64,000 nt of DNA from a virus, in IMG/VR virus record IMGVR_UViG_3300020198_000002, positions 32,001 to 96,000 of that record. One strand, 5' to 3'. The notes under the pieces are model-generated. The model had not been told where the DNA came from. It made no database searches and saw nothing but the letters and a program-made list of their open reading frames with translations. Below, in pieces: positions 37,876-47,589 of the stretch. The position numbers and the translations under genes are program-made. How positions within the stretch are numbered: the stretch's first letter is position 1; each line of letters begins with the position of its first letter.

Positions 37876-38157
37876 ATGGAAGACACTGATTTGATTGACA
37901 TGATCGTAAGTGATGGTTCACCATCCGAGATTCATGCAAAAATTAAAGAATTAATTAATCAAAAAGTCGTACAGAACGTTGATGATGTAACTCCATATGT
38001 TGCAGCATCTATGTTTGGAGCAGAAGCTCCAGTGGATTCCGAGGAAGAATCCGAGGAAGAATCCGAGGAAGAATCTGAAGAAGGATCCGAACAAGAATAT
38101 GATAATGAAGAGAGTGAAGAAGATTCTGAGGAAAATTCTGAAGAAGAATCCGAATAA
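37876..38157 (+). CDS. acidic prohead core protein (gp67-like position)
   Basis: Between gp20 and gp21; poly-Glu/Ser tail. Confidence 0.65.
   Translation: MEDTDLIDMIVSDGSPSEIHAKIKELINQKVVQNVDDVTPYVAASMFGAEAPVDSEEESEEESEEESEEGSEQEYDNEESEEDSEENSEEESE
38038..38075 (+). repeat. 12-nt tandem repeat (tccgaggaagaa)x3 encoding SEEE
   Basis: Directly visible; degenerate copies continue to ~38154. Confidence 0.85.
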
Positions 38158-38179
38158 ACTTAACCCCCCTGCATGTAAA

Positions 38180-38890
38180 ATGAAACTCATTACCGAAGAA
38201 ATAGAATCAGCCAAATTTATTATTGAAGAAAATGAAGGAAAAAAATCGATGTTTATCGAAGGCATTTTTCTTCAGGGAAATATGAAAAATCGTAATAATC
38301 GTATGTATCCAGTAGAAGTTCTTGAAAAAGAAGTCATACGTTACTGCGAATCTTTTGTTGCAAAAGGCAGGGCACTAGGAGAACTTGGTCATCCAGATGG
38401 TCCAACAGTAAATCTGGATCGTGTTTCCCATAAAATTGTTTCCCTTCACAAAGAAGGTTGCAATTTTATTGGTAAAGCAAAACTTCTTGATACTCCAATG
38501 GGCAACATTGCAAAAAATTTAATTGATGAGGGGGTAACTCTTGGTGTTTCTTCTAGGGGTATTGGTAGTTTAAGAGAAACAAGCGAAGGATATAAAGTAG
38601 TGGGCGAAGATTTTATGCTGGCCACTGCTGCTGATATTGTCGCTGATCCTTCGGCACCTGATGCATTTGTTAACGGAATTATGGAGGGGGTTGAATGGAT
38701 TTGGGAAAGCGGGGTCCTAAAAGCCAAACAACCAGAGATCCAAATCCCCGTTGCAGTTATAGAAAAAACTGAATTAAAAGTTGAAGAAAAGATTGAAAAA
38801 ACTAAAAAAACTATAAATAAGTTAGTCGAACAAAAGAGACTTGATGAAATGAAACTGGAGTTATTCCAGAACTTTTTATCAAATCTCTAA
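38180..38890 (+). CDS. gp21: prohead protease gp21
   Basis: MKLITE start at 38180; NRNNRMYP, ALGELGHP, GVSSRG, DIVADPSAPDAFV. Confidence 0.95.
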   Translation: MKLITEEIESAKFIIEENEGKKSMFIEGIFLQGNMKNRNNRMYPVEVLEKEVIRYCESFVAKGRALGELGHPDGPTVNLDRVSHKIVSLHKEGCNFIGKAKLLDTPMGNIAKNLIDEGVTLGVSSRGIGSLRETSEGYKVVGEDFMLATAADIVADPSAPDAFVNGIMEGVEWIWESGVLKAKQPEIQIPVAVIEKTELKVEEKIEKTKKTINKLVEQKRLDEMKLELFQNFLSNL

Positions 38891-38947
38891 TTTTGATAAA
38901 TAAATACAGAATACGATATCAACATCGATAGTAGACGGAGAGTTCAA

Positions 38948-40030
38948 ATGTCTCGTGGAGATTTACAAGAAATGGAAGTAGGCACAAAGCAATCCAAAAC
39001 CGCTGTAAACAGTGGTGCCGCAGGTGGAGATCCCATGCCAAAGGCTCCAAATTATGTCCCCGATGCAGGGGCTATTGAAGATTTGGGAGGACCTTCACCA
39101 GAAAATTCCAAGCCCGATGATGATTCTAACAAGCTTAAGACCCCTGAGAAAACCATTCAACATGTAAAGAATGTGGTAAACAAGGGTGCTAAGCCTGCAG
39201 AACCAATGCCAGTTGCAAACAAAGGTGCCATGTCCTACGAAGAAAACGAATCTGAGGTTGAAGAAACAATTTCAGAAGATGAGACAACAGAACTAGATAT
39301 CGATTCTGCAATCAACGAAGATGTTGACGCTCTACTAAGCGGCGAAGAGCTTTCCGAAGACTTCAGAAACAAAGCAAAAATTGTTTTCGAAGCAGCTCTT
39401 AACGCAAAAGTAAATCAAGTTGAAAAAGAACTTGAAGAACAGTATGCCGTTGCTCTTTCAGAAGAAATCGATTCGATCAAAATCGAATTGACTGAAAGAA
39501 CAGATTCATACTTAGAGTACGTCGCTCAGGAATGGTTAGAAGAGAATGCACTTGCTGTTGAGCATGGCATTAAAACTCAGATGACCGAATCGTTCCTAGT
39601 GGGACTAAAAGAGCTTTTTGAAGCACATTATGTATCACTCCCTGAAGATAGATATGATGTACTTGAGAGTATGGTAGACAAACTTGATGAGATGGAAACA
39701 AAACTCAACGAGCAAATCGAAAGAAACATTGCTCTAAATAACAGACTGTCAGAGACGGTTGCTGAAACCATCATGAATAATGTTGCGGAAGGATTAGCTG
39801 TTTCTCAGAAAGAGAAACTCTTCTCCTTGGCAGAGAGTGTTGAGTTTGAAAGTGAAGAAGGCTATCGTGAGAAACTGGAAACTTTAAAGGAAGCATATTT
39901 TCCAACTAAGTTTAGTTCTCCGAAGGAGACGGTTGCACAAGAACTAAGAGAAGAATCTGACTACACTGAAGTTACATCTTCAATGTCAGCTTATCTCCAA
40001 GCTCTTTCAATCCAAGCTCCAAGGCAGTGA
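38948..40030 (+). CDS. gp22: prohead core scaffold protein gp22
   Basis: LSEDFRNKAKIVFEAAL, YLEYVAQEWLEEN; acidic coiled coil before gp23; tandem late-promoter motifs at 38895-38906. Confidence 0.92.
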   Translation: MSRGDLQEMEVGTKQSKTAVNSGAAGGDPMPKAPNYVPDAGAIEDLGGPSPENSKPDDDSNKLKTPEKTIQHVKNVVNKGAKPAEPMPVANKGAMSYEENESEVEETISEDETTELDIDSAINEDVDALLSGEELSEDFRNKAKIVFEAALNAKVNQVEKELEEQYAVALSEEIDSIKIELTERTDSYLEYVAQEWLEENALAVEHGIKTQMTESFLVGLKELFEAHYVSLPEDRYDVLESMVDKLDEMETKLNEQIERNIALNNRLSETVAETIMNNVAEGLAVSQKEKLFSLAESVEFESEEGYREKLETLKEAYFPTKFSSPKETVAQELREESDYTEVTSSMSAYLQALSIQAPRQ

Positions 40031-40069
40031 TTAAAAACAAACACACCAACACCCTAAGGTAATCCAACA

Positions 40070-41461
40070 ATGCAACAACAGTTTAACTATAACCAACTCA
40101 CCGAAAAGTGGGCACCTCTTCTAGACTATAATGGTCTAGATCCAATCAAAGATTTACACCGCCGTAATGTTACTGCAGCGCTTCTTGAGAATCAGGAGCA
40201 AATGCTCCGTGAGAACGCTGAGTTCCTCGGCGAAGCATCACCAACCGTTTCCGCTGGTACTGGTGGATTCAGTGGTAGCTCCACAGCATCAGGACCTGTT
40301 GCTGGTTTCGATCCCGTTCTGATCTCACTGATCAGACGTGCAATGCCTAACCTGGTTGCTTATGACCTGGCAGGTGTTCAACCAATGAATGGTCCTACTG
40401 GACTCATCTTCGCAATGCGTTCACGCTACACCAACCAAAGCGGAACAGAAGCACTCTTCAACGAGCCAGATTCGGCATTCGCTGGTCAGAACTCTGGAAG
40501 AAACCTCACCGCAGGATTCGTTGACGGTGCTGCTGGTTTTGGTACGACTGCACAGTCAGGCACCAACCCATCAGTCCTCAACCCAGTTGGTTCCGCAACA
40601 ACCTCTGCCTACAACGTTGGCGAAGGTATGACCACTGGTAACGCTGAGGCACTCGGAGATGGTGCGGGTAACCACTTTGCAGAAATGGCATTCTCAATCG
40701 AGAAAGTCACTGTTACTGCAAAGTCACGCGCACTGAAAGCTGAGTATTCACTTGAGCTCGCTCAAGACCTCAAGGCAATCCATGGTCTGAATGCTGAGGC
40801 TGAACTCGCAAATATCCTCTCAACTGAGATTCTTGCCGAGATCAACCGCGAAGTCATCAGAACCATCTACAAGATTGCTGAGCAAGGTGCAACCCTCAAC
40901 ACCGCAACCGCTGGTGTATTTGACCTCGACGTTGACTCCAACGGTCGTTGGTCGGTTGAGAAGTTCAAAGGTCTGCTCTTCCAGATGGAAAGAGATGCAA
41001 ACCAGATTGCACAAAGAACTCGTAGAGGGAAGGGCAACGTTATTCTCTGCTCTGCAGACGTTGCTTCCGCTCTAACCATGGCTGGTCTCCTCGACTACAC
41101 CCCTGCACTCAACGCTAACCTCAACGTTGATGACACTGGCAACACCTTTGCTGGTACTCTTGCTGGTAAGTTCAAAGTTTACATCGATCCATTCGCTGCA
41201 AACAATGACGCCAACCAGTACTACGTTGTTGGTTATAAGGGTTCTAATCCTTATGATGCAGGTCTATTCTACTGCCCATACGTTCCTCTCCAGATGGTTC
41301 GTGCAGTTGGTCAGGACACCTTCCAGCCAAAAATTGGATTCAAGACTCGTTATGGAATTGTTGCCAACCCATTTGCAGAAGGCACCGATCAAGGTCTTGG
41401 TAGACTCCTCGCTAACGCAAACCGTTACTACAGAAGAGTCAAAGTTACCAACCTCATGTGA
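40070..41461 (+). CDS. gp23: major capsid protein gp23
   Basis: LIRRAMPNL.AYD..GVQPM.GPTGLIFAMR, KSRALKAEYSLELAQDLKAIHGL, YCPYVPLQM; strong C-ending codon bias. Confidence 0.98.
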   Translation: MQQQFNYNQLTEKWAPLLDYNGLDPIKDLHRRNVTAALLENQEQMLRENAEFLGEASPTVSAGTGGFSGSSTASGPVAGFDPVLISLIRRAMPNLVAYDLAGVQPMNGPTGLIFAMRSRYTNQSGTEALFNEPDSAFAGQNSGRNLTAGFVDGAAGFGTTAQSGTNPSVLNPVGSATTSAYNVGEGMTTGNAEALGDGAGNHFAEMAFSIEKVTVTAKSRALKAEYSLELAQDLKAIHGLNAEAELANILSTEILAEINREVIRTIYKIAEQGATLNTATAGVFDLDVDSNGRWSVEKFKGLLFQMERDANQIAQRTRRGKGNVILCSADVASALTMAGLLDYTPALNANLNVDDTGNTFAGTLAGKFKVYIDPFAANNDANQYYVVGYKGSNPYDAGLFYCPYVPLQMVRAVGQDTFQPKIGFKTRYGIVANPFAEGTDQGLGRLLANANRYYRRVKVTNLM

Positions 41462-41481
41462 TTCATTCACGACAGTTTTTG

Positions 41482-41506
41482 GGGGTCCAAACGGACCCCT
41501 TTTTTT
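41482..41506 (+). terminator. rho-independent terminator after gp23
   Basis: GGGGTCC-AAAC-GGACCCC then T7. Confidence 0.85.
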
Positions 41507-41528
41507 ATGAATAAATAAAAATAAAAAC

Positions 41529-42086
41529 ATGGCTAGAACTGGATCTGGAACTTTGAGTGCTTGGGATAGGCAAATCCAAAATAGAAATTTTTTGTCTCCA
41601 GTTGGATTTAAATTTAATTTATCAAAAGCACCAAAAGTAGATTTTTTTTCAACCTCAGCTAATATTCCATCCATTGATTTGGGTGTAGCTATTCAACCAA
41701 CGTATCTAAAAGATATTCCCATCCCAGGGGATAAGTTGGTATATAATGATTTTAGTATAAATTTTTTGGTAGACGAAAATTTAGAAAATTATTTACAGAT
41801 CCATAACTGGATGCGAGGTCTGGGTTATCCAGAATCCGTGCAAGAATATTCTGATCTTGTAAGCGAAGATCCCTACTTACCAGATAATCCAGAAGCAATT
41901 TACTCAGATGGCACTCTACTAATCTTTAATAGTTCTCTCAATCCAATTGTAAAAGTTACCTTCAAACACTTATTTCCAGTATCATTGACTCAAGTTGAAT
42001 TTGATTCCCAAGGCAGTGATATAACATATGTTACTGCCACAACAGTTTTTAAATACACAATTTACGATATTAAAAGTTTGATATGA
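41529..42086 (+). CDS. gp3: tail completion/terminator protein gp3
   Basis: NRNFLSPVGFKF, FLVDENLENY..IHNWM, LFPVSL; AATAAATA at 41510-41517. Confidence 0.88.
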   Translation: MARTGSGTLSAWDRQIQNRNFLSPVGFKFNLSKAPKVDFFSTSANIPSIDLGVAIQPTYLKDIPIPGDKLVYNDFSINFLVDENLENYLQIHNWMRGLGYPESVQEYSDLVSEDPYLPDNPEAIYSDGTLLIFNSSLNPIVKVTFKHLFPVSLTQVEFDSQGSDITYVTATTVFKYTIYDIKSLI

Positions 42087-42511
42087 ATCTTGATGAAATC
42101 CAGACTATGTGGGAATTAGATTCCCAAATTGATAATGACGATCTGCATTTAGAGTCAACAAAAATTCCATCTCTACATGCAAAATATTTTAAATTATTCA
42201 ATTCCGTGTTGACTTTAAAAAAGTCTCAGGAGAATAAGTTTAAAATTTTAAAAAAAGAAAAGTGGGAATACTACACAGGAAAATCAGATCCAGAAGTGTA
42301 TGTAGAAAACCCCTTTGATTATAAGGTACTAAAAACAGATTTAGACAAATACTTAGATGCAGATCAAGACTTGATTCGATGCATAACCAAAATAGAATAT
42401 TATCAGATGATGATAAATTACCTAGAAAGTATTATCAAAGTAATTTTAAATAGAAGTTTTCAAATAAAAAATGCTATTGAATGGCAAAAATTTATAAGAG
42501 GATATGACTGA
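42083..42511 (+). CDS. uvsY: recombination mediator UvsY
   Basis: IPSLHAKY, YYTGK, RSFQIKNAIEWQKF. Confidence 0.9.
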   Translation: MNLDEIQTMWELDSQIDNDDLHLESTKIPSLHAKYFKLFNSVLTLKKSQENKFKILKKEKWEYYTGKSDPEVYVENPFDYKVLKTDLDKYLDADQDLIRCITKIEYYQMMINYLESIIKVILNRSFQIKNAIEWQKFIRGYD

Positions 42512-43970
42512 TTTAATTATTTCTAAAAAGAACGAAGTATATCTACAAGTAAAAGCGGAACCACATATTAATCAAGAATTGTCCGAATATTTTACTTTTG
42601 ATGTTCCTGGTGCAAAATTTATGCCTCAATATAGAAGTAAATATTGGGATGGAAAAATTCGTTTATTTTCTACGGCAACAGGAGAAATATACGTTGGTCT
42701 TTTAGATAAAATAGTTGCATGGTCAAAAAAATCTGGATATACTGTTAGTTTCGAAAACAATAAATTTTATGGAACTCCGTTTGAACATAATGAAATAATT
42801 TCGTTAGAGGGAGTTAGCAATTATATGAGGTCGATCTCAAAACATCCTCCTAGAGATTATCAAATTGATGGTGTTTATGATGCCTTAAAATACAATAGAA
42901 GGCTGTTGATATCTCCAACTGCTTCTGGGAAATCGTTGATGATTTATTCTATAGTAAGATATTTTGTAGAATCTGGTAAAAAAGCTTTATTGATAGTACC
43001 AACGACATCTCTTGTAGAACAAATGTATAAAGATTTTGAAGAGTATGGGTGGGACTCAGATAAGTATTGCCATAAAATTTATTCTGGTAAAGAAAGGACG
43101 AATGAATATCCAGTGACAATTACAACTTGGCAATCAATATACAAATTAGATAAAAAATTCTTTGATGGATTTGATGTTGTAGTTGGAGATGAAGCACACC
43201 AATTTAAATCCAAATCTCTAATTGGAATTATGACAAAACTAAGAGATACGAAATATAGATATGGATTTACTGGAACACTTGATGGATCTCAGACGCACAA
43301 ATGGGTCTTAGAAGGTTTGTTTGGTCCTAGTTATAGGATTACACAAACCAAGGATTTAATTGAGAAAGGACATCTATCCAAATTAAATATTAGAATTTTA
43401 CTACTTAAACATCCACCACATAAATTTGAAACCTATGAAGATGAAATTCAATATTTAATCTCACATGAACAAAGAAATAAGTTTATCAAAAATTTATCCC
43501 TGTCATTAAAAGGCAATACACTAATTCTTTATAGTAGGGTAGATACCCATGGAAAACTTTTATATGATTTGATAAATAATTCTGTTGATAAGAAACGTAA
43601 AGTATTCTTTGTTCATGGTGGAGTAGGAGCTGGAGAACGAGAGTCGGTAAGAGAGATTACCGAAAAAGAAGATAATGCAATCATAGTTGCTTCTTATGGA
43701 ACGTTCTCTACAGGAATTAACATTAAAAATCTACACAATGTTGTTTTTGCATCTCCATCAAAATCAAGAATTAGAAATCTCCAATCAATTGGGAGAGTTC
43801 TAAGGAAAGGAAATAATAAAACACAAGCAATATTGTATGATGTCTCTGATGATATAACGTATAAGTCTAAAAAAAATTATACGCTGAATCACTTAATAGA
43901 AAGAATCAAAATTTATAACGAAGAAGATTTTAACTATGAATTCACTCAAATAAAATTAAAAGAAAACTAA
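42504..43970 (+). CDS. uvsW: RNA-DNA/DNA-DNA helicase UvsW
   Basis: SPTASGKS, DEAH, GFTGT, STGINIKNLH, QSIGRVLR. Confidence 0.95.
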   Translation: MTDLIISKKNEVYLQVKAEPHINQELSEYFTFDVPGAKFMPQYRSKYWDGKIRLFSTATGEIYVGLLDKIVAWSKKSGYTVSFENNKFYGTPFEHNEIISLEGVSNYMRSISKHPPRDYQIDGVYDALKYNRRLLISPTASGKSLMIYSIVRYFVESGKKALLIVPTTSLVEQMYKDFEEYGWDSDKYCHKIYSGKERTNEYPVTITTWQSIYKLDKKFFDGFDVVVGDEAHQFKSKSLIGIMTKLRDTKYRYGFTGTLDGSQTHKWVLEGLFGPSYRITQTKDLIEKGHLSKLNIRILLLKHPPHKFETYEDEIQYLISHEQRNKFIKNLSLSLKGNTLILYSRVDTHGKLLYDLINNSVDKKRKVFFVHGGVGAGERESVREITEKEDNAIIVASYGTFSTGINIKNLHNVVFASPSKSRIRNLQSIGRVLRKGNNKTQAILYDVSDDITYKSKKNYTLNHLIERIKIYNEEDFNYEFTQIKLKEN

Positions 43971-44386
43971 TGGAAGAAGAATTTTACGGAACTATAAAAT
44001 TAATATCTGGAGAAGAAATATTTGCTGAGATTCTCCCAGTAAAAGAAGAAGGAAGAACTTTACTACTTCTTTCCGATCCCGTTGAGGTGCAAACTATTTC
44101 AATAGGATCAAATGGTGTAGAGGGAGTTAAGATTGATCCATGGATTAAAAGTCAATCCGATAGTGTTATTGTCATCGATATGGACAAAGTAATTACAATA
44201 CTTGAAGCAGATGATGACTGTGATATGATTCGTGCTTACAAAAAATTTCTAAGAACCAGATCACAAAGAACAAATAAATCCAGACTTAGTAAGAAGATGG
44301 GTTATCTAAATACGGTAGCAAATGCGAGGATCACTCTAGAAAAGATATACAAAATGAAAGCAGCTAATACTGATTCTGAACTCTGA
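43970..44386 (+). CDS. conserved hypothetical protein (Sm-like fold suspected)
   Basis: IKLISGEEIFA motif; usual position between uvsW and gp55. Confidence 0.7.
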   Translation: MEEEFYGTIKLISGEEIFAEILPVKEEGRTLLLLSDPVEVQTISIGSNGVEGVKIDPWIKSQSDSVIVIDMDKVITILEADDDCDMIRAYKKFLRTRSQRTNKSRLSKKMGYLNTVANARITLEKIYKMKAANTDSEL

Positions 44387-44393
44387 CAGAGTT

Positions 44394-44422
44394 ATTATAC
44401 TAATTTTTAAAGGTCTTGTCAA
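44394..44422 (-). promoter_or_regulatory. perfect sigma70 promoter on the - strand (antisense)
   Basis: Reverse complement reads TTGACA-N17-TATAAT. Confidence 0.75.
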
Positions 44423-44444
44423 TAAGTTTGGATTATGTTAAAAT
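44416..44444 (+). promoter_or_regulatory. sigma70-type promoter for gp55
   Basis: TTGTCA-N17-TAAAAT with TG extension. Confidence 0.7.
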
Positions 44445-44479
44445 TGGTACATGTTGATTGAATCTAAGGTCAATGGGAT

Positions 44480-45001
44480 ATGCAAATCAAAACGAAAAAA
44501 AGATCAGAGCATTATGTTAATAATAGAGAACTATTAGATGCATTAGTTGTTTATCGAAATAAAGTTGAAGAACATTTTTATAGTAAAAATGGTAGAAAAC
44601 CAACTAAAGAAGATCGATCAAACCATTGGGAAGGCAAACCCACAATTCCAAATTATTTGGGTGAGTGTTTTCTAAAGATTGCCACACACCTTTCATACAA
44701 ACCTAACTTTGTTAACTACATGTTTAGGGAAGATATGATCTGTGATGGCATTGAAAATTGTGTTCAATATATTCACAACTTTGATCCAAGTAAATCGACA
44801 AATCCATTTGCATACTTTACCCAAATTATTCATTATGCTTTTCTCCGTCGTATTCAGAAAGAGAAAAAACAAATGGAAATTAGATCTAAAATTTTAGAAA
44901 GATCTGGATATGATGAAGTATTTTTCGTAGATGATGATTACGGGAATCCTTCTGATTTCAATTCTATAAAAGACGCCGTTCAATCGAAACTGAATCAATG
45001 A
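44480..45001 (+). CDS. gp55: late transcription sigma factor gp55
   Basis: HYVNNRELL, YLGECFLKIATHLS.KPNF.NY, NPFAYFTQI...AFLRRIQKEKKQ. Confidence 0.95.
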   Translation: MQIKTKKRSEHYVNNRELLDALVVYRNKVEEHFYSKNGRKPTKEDRSNHWEGKPTIPNYLGECFLKIATHLSYKPNFVNYMFREDMICDGIENCVQYIHNFDPSKSTNPFAYFTQIIHYAFLRRIQKEKKQMEIRSKILERSGYDEVFFVDDDYGNPSDFNSIKDAVQSKLNQ

Positions 45002-46284
45002 AAATAGCTATTATTGGCAAAGGAACTAGTGCTTTAGTTACTGCAATGATTGTTCTTCGTAGAGGACACCTTGTGGAAATGTTTTACGATCCTAATCGAG
45101 AACATTTACGAGTTGGTGAATCTACAACTCCACACATTTCCTGTCTCATTAGAGATGTTCTTGGATTGTGCATCGGAAATCTAATCGATGATAAGATTGC
45201 TTCATACAAGAACGGAGTCCATTTTATTGACTGGGGTAAAGGTGGCGAATTTACTCACCCTTTTAATAGTAATCATACCGCATTCCATTTGGATAGTGGT
45301 AGATTTAATCCATATATTCTTGATCTTCTTCAAAAGAAGAGGGGTGTCAAACTACATGCAGAAGAGTATACTGGATACATTGAACTACCAAATGATAGAA
45401 TTAGTATCAATGAAAAGGAATTTGATTTTGTAATCAACTGTAGTGGTTGGCAAGATGATAGCGAGTATTCCGAACCATTGCTGGAAACAGTGAATTCTGC
45501 ATTACTGTTTACTATTCCAGAGATGAATCAATATCACCATACAATTCACCTCGCTCATCCACACGGTTGGCAATTCCAACTCCCATTCCCAGAACTGAAT
45601 GGTGGTGAAAGTCACTGTGGATTTATGTATAATAGTAAGTTCACGACTTTAGAGGAAGCAAAAGCAAGAGTTAAAGAACAACACGGTGATGTTGTTACTA
45701 AAGAAATTTCTTGGAAACCTAGGTATGCTAGGAGAATGATCAAAAATAATTTTGAAGCATTCAACGGTAATCGATTGTTCTTCCTGGAACCTCTTCAAGC
45801 TCTGTCTCTTGATTATTACAAACTCCTTACAGAATCAATTGTTGATTTTCTAGAACAGAGATCCTATCCAAAGTTTTGCGAAATTAATAAGTATTATCGC
45901 AAAGAGATGATAGACTACCAGTATGCACTGGCTCTTCATTACCAATTTGGATCAATTTACGACACTCCTTTCTGGAATCACGTAACGACTCAAGCAAAAA
46001 ATAATCTGAAGTATCACCCAGTTGCGTGTGATGATGGTCTGTTCTATGAGTACATGATGTGTGATACAATAACTTCTGATGATCTAAGGACGCCATATCA
46101 GTGGAAAGAACAAGTCAGACCTGAACATTTTACTGCTCAAGGTAGACCTAATATTGGTAATACTGTAACGGCACATTTACAGATTGGTGGATTTAATTAT
46201 TTTGATACCAAGACTCTCTACTGTGGATTTAATCAGATTAGATTTTTAGACTTTGATGAAAAGTATGATGGTTTGCCTAGATGA
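44998..46284 (+). CDS. tryptophan halogenase-like flavoprotein (divergent)
   Basis: IGKGTSA, RVGESTT, ASYKNGV, GWQFQLP, FLEPLQA. Confidence 0.75.
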   Translation: MKIAIIGKGTSALVTAMIVLRRGHLVEMFYDPNREHLRVGESTTPHISCLIRDVLGLCIGNLIDDKIASYKNGVHFIDWGKGGEFTHPFNSNHTAFHLDSGRFNPYILDLLQKKRGVKLHAEEYTGYIELPNDRISINEKEFDFVINCSGWQDDSEYSEPLLETVNSALLFTIPEMNQYHHTIHLAHPHGWQFQLPFPELNGGESHCGFMYNSKFTTLEEAKARVKEQHGDVVTKEISWKPRYARRMIKNNFEAFNGNRLFFLEPLQALSLDYYKLLTESIVDFLEQRSYPKFCEINKYYRKEMIDYQYALALHYQFGSIYDTPFWNHVTTQAKNNLKYHPVACDDGLFYEYMMCDTITSDDLRTPYQWKEQVRPEHFTAQGRPNIGNTVTAHLQIGGFNYFDTKTLYCGFNQIRFLDFDEKYDGLPR

Positions 46285-47324
46285 AAATAGCAATTATTAC
46301 TGATACTCATTACGGTGGTCGTAGATGCAGTAAAACTTTTCATGATTATTTTCAGAAATTTTATGAAAATATATTTTTCCCCTTTTTAGAAGAAAATAAA
46401 ATTTCCGTTTGCATTCACATGGGAGATGCCTTTGATAATCGTAAAAGTATTGACTTTTGGGCTTTGAACTGGGCGAAGAAAAATGTTTATGACAAGTTTA
46501 AAGAACTTGGTATTCAGGTTTATCAATTGGTTGGTAATCATGACTGTTATTATAAAAACACAAATGAAGTAAACTCTATTACTTCTTTATTGGATTATTA
46601 TAATAATATTGTTCCAATCTCATCTCCTGGTGAATATAATATCAACGGATTCAAAGCATTTATGGTTCCTTGGATTTGTGCTGAAAATTTAGAAGAAACA
46701 AAAACAAAAATTTTAAAAACAAAAACAAAGATATCTTTTGGTCACTTAGAACTGAATGGATTCAATACTTATCCTGGACATGTTCAACAACATGGTATGG
46801 ATAAATCTATATTTCAAAAATTCAAATATGTATTTTCGGGACATTATCATACTAAGAGTAATGATGGCCATATTTTTTATTTGGGAAATCCATATCAACT
46901 GTATTGGAATGATGTAAATGATAAGAGAGGGTTCCATATCTTTGATACTAATACATATGAATTAGAGTTTATCGAAAATCCATACACAATCTTTGAAAAA
47001 ATTTATTATGAAGATACCAATCCAAGTTTGTTTAATGTTGAACCTTATGTAGATAAAATTATAAAAGTTATTATTCGCACAAAAACAAATCAAGTTCTGT
47101 TTGAAAAATTTATTGATAAAATTATCAAAGCTGGAATTATTGATTTGAAGATTGTTGAGAACGTTCAAATCTATGATGAAGATGTTGATTTTGATACGGA
47201 AAAAATAGAGGACACTATTACTCTCTTGGATAAATATGTTGATGACTCCGATTTTTCTTTAGACAAGGAACGAGTTAAACAACTTCTGAAAGAAGTTTAC
47301 ATAGAAGCCTGCGAATTAGAGTAG
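46281..47324 (+). CDS. gp47: recombination endonuclease subunit gp47 (Mre11/SbcD-like)
   Basis: ITDTHYG, GDAFDNR, VGNHD, GHLE, SGHYH. Confidence 0.95.
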   Translation: MKIAIITDTHYGGRRCSKTFHDYFQKFYENIFFPFLEENKISVCIHMGDAFDNRKSIDFWALNWAKKNVYDKFKELGIQVYQLVGNHDCYYKNTNEVNSITSLLDYYNNIVPISSPGEYNINGFKAFMVPWICAENLEETKTKILKTKTKISFGHLELNGFNTYPGHVQQHGMDKSIFQKFKYVFSGHYHTKSNDGHIFYLGNPYQLYWNDVNDKRGFHIFDTNTYELEFIENPYTIFEKIYYEDTNPSLFNVEPYVDKIIKVIIRTKTNQVLFEKFIDKIIKAGIIDLKIVENVQIYDEDVDFDTEKIEDTITLLDKYVDDSDFSLDKERVKQLLKEVYIEACELE

Positions 47325-47325
47325 A

Positions 47326-47589
47326 ATGTACATTTTATCTCTTATTGGACAAGAAGGAGAGGGTGCTTATGCTGTTGAGGATGAAGATGGCGAAAAAGCC
47401 CTTTACATATTTGAAGAGGAAGATGATGCAGAAAGATTCGTCGGACTATTAGAAGCGGATGATTATCCAGAATTGACAGTTGTGGAAATAGATCCAGAAG
47501 TTGCAATAAAGACATGTGAAGTGTATAATTATAGATACGTAGTAATATCTCCAGATGATTTTGTAATCCCACCATATGATTCTATTTAA
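47326..47589 (+). CDS. small acidic conserved protein
   Basis: GAYAV...FEEEDDAERF..LLEA; between gp47 and gp46. Confidence 0.7.
   Translation: MYILSLIGQEGEGAYAVEDEDGEKALYIFEEEDDAERFVGLLEADDYPELTVVEIDPEVAIKTCEVYNYRYVVISPDDFVIPPYDSI

Noticed and set aside
37997-38179. Basic N-terminal extension of gp21 (KNPRKNPRKN...) in the ORF track, and the antisense 37951-38265 Phe-rich ORF
   Set aside because: Shadow frames of the SEEE tandem repeat in the upstream acidic gene; the conserved gp21 start MKLITE is at 38180.
40389-41510. Several 80-127 aa alternative-frame ORFs inside gp23
   Set aside because: Only one alternative sense frame is open and it is interrupted; explained by the strong codon bias of a highly expressed gene, unlike 7001-8282 where both alternative frames are open.
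43571-43578. GATAAATA inside uvsW and TATAAATA at 38812 inside gp21 as late promoters
   Set aside because: Intragenic matches in AT-rich sequence; plausible but not distinguishable from chance without TSS data.
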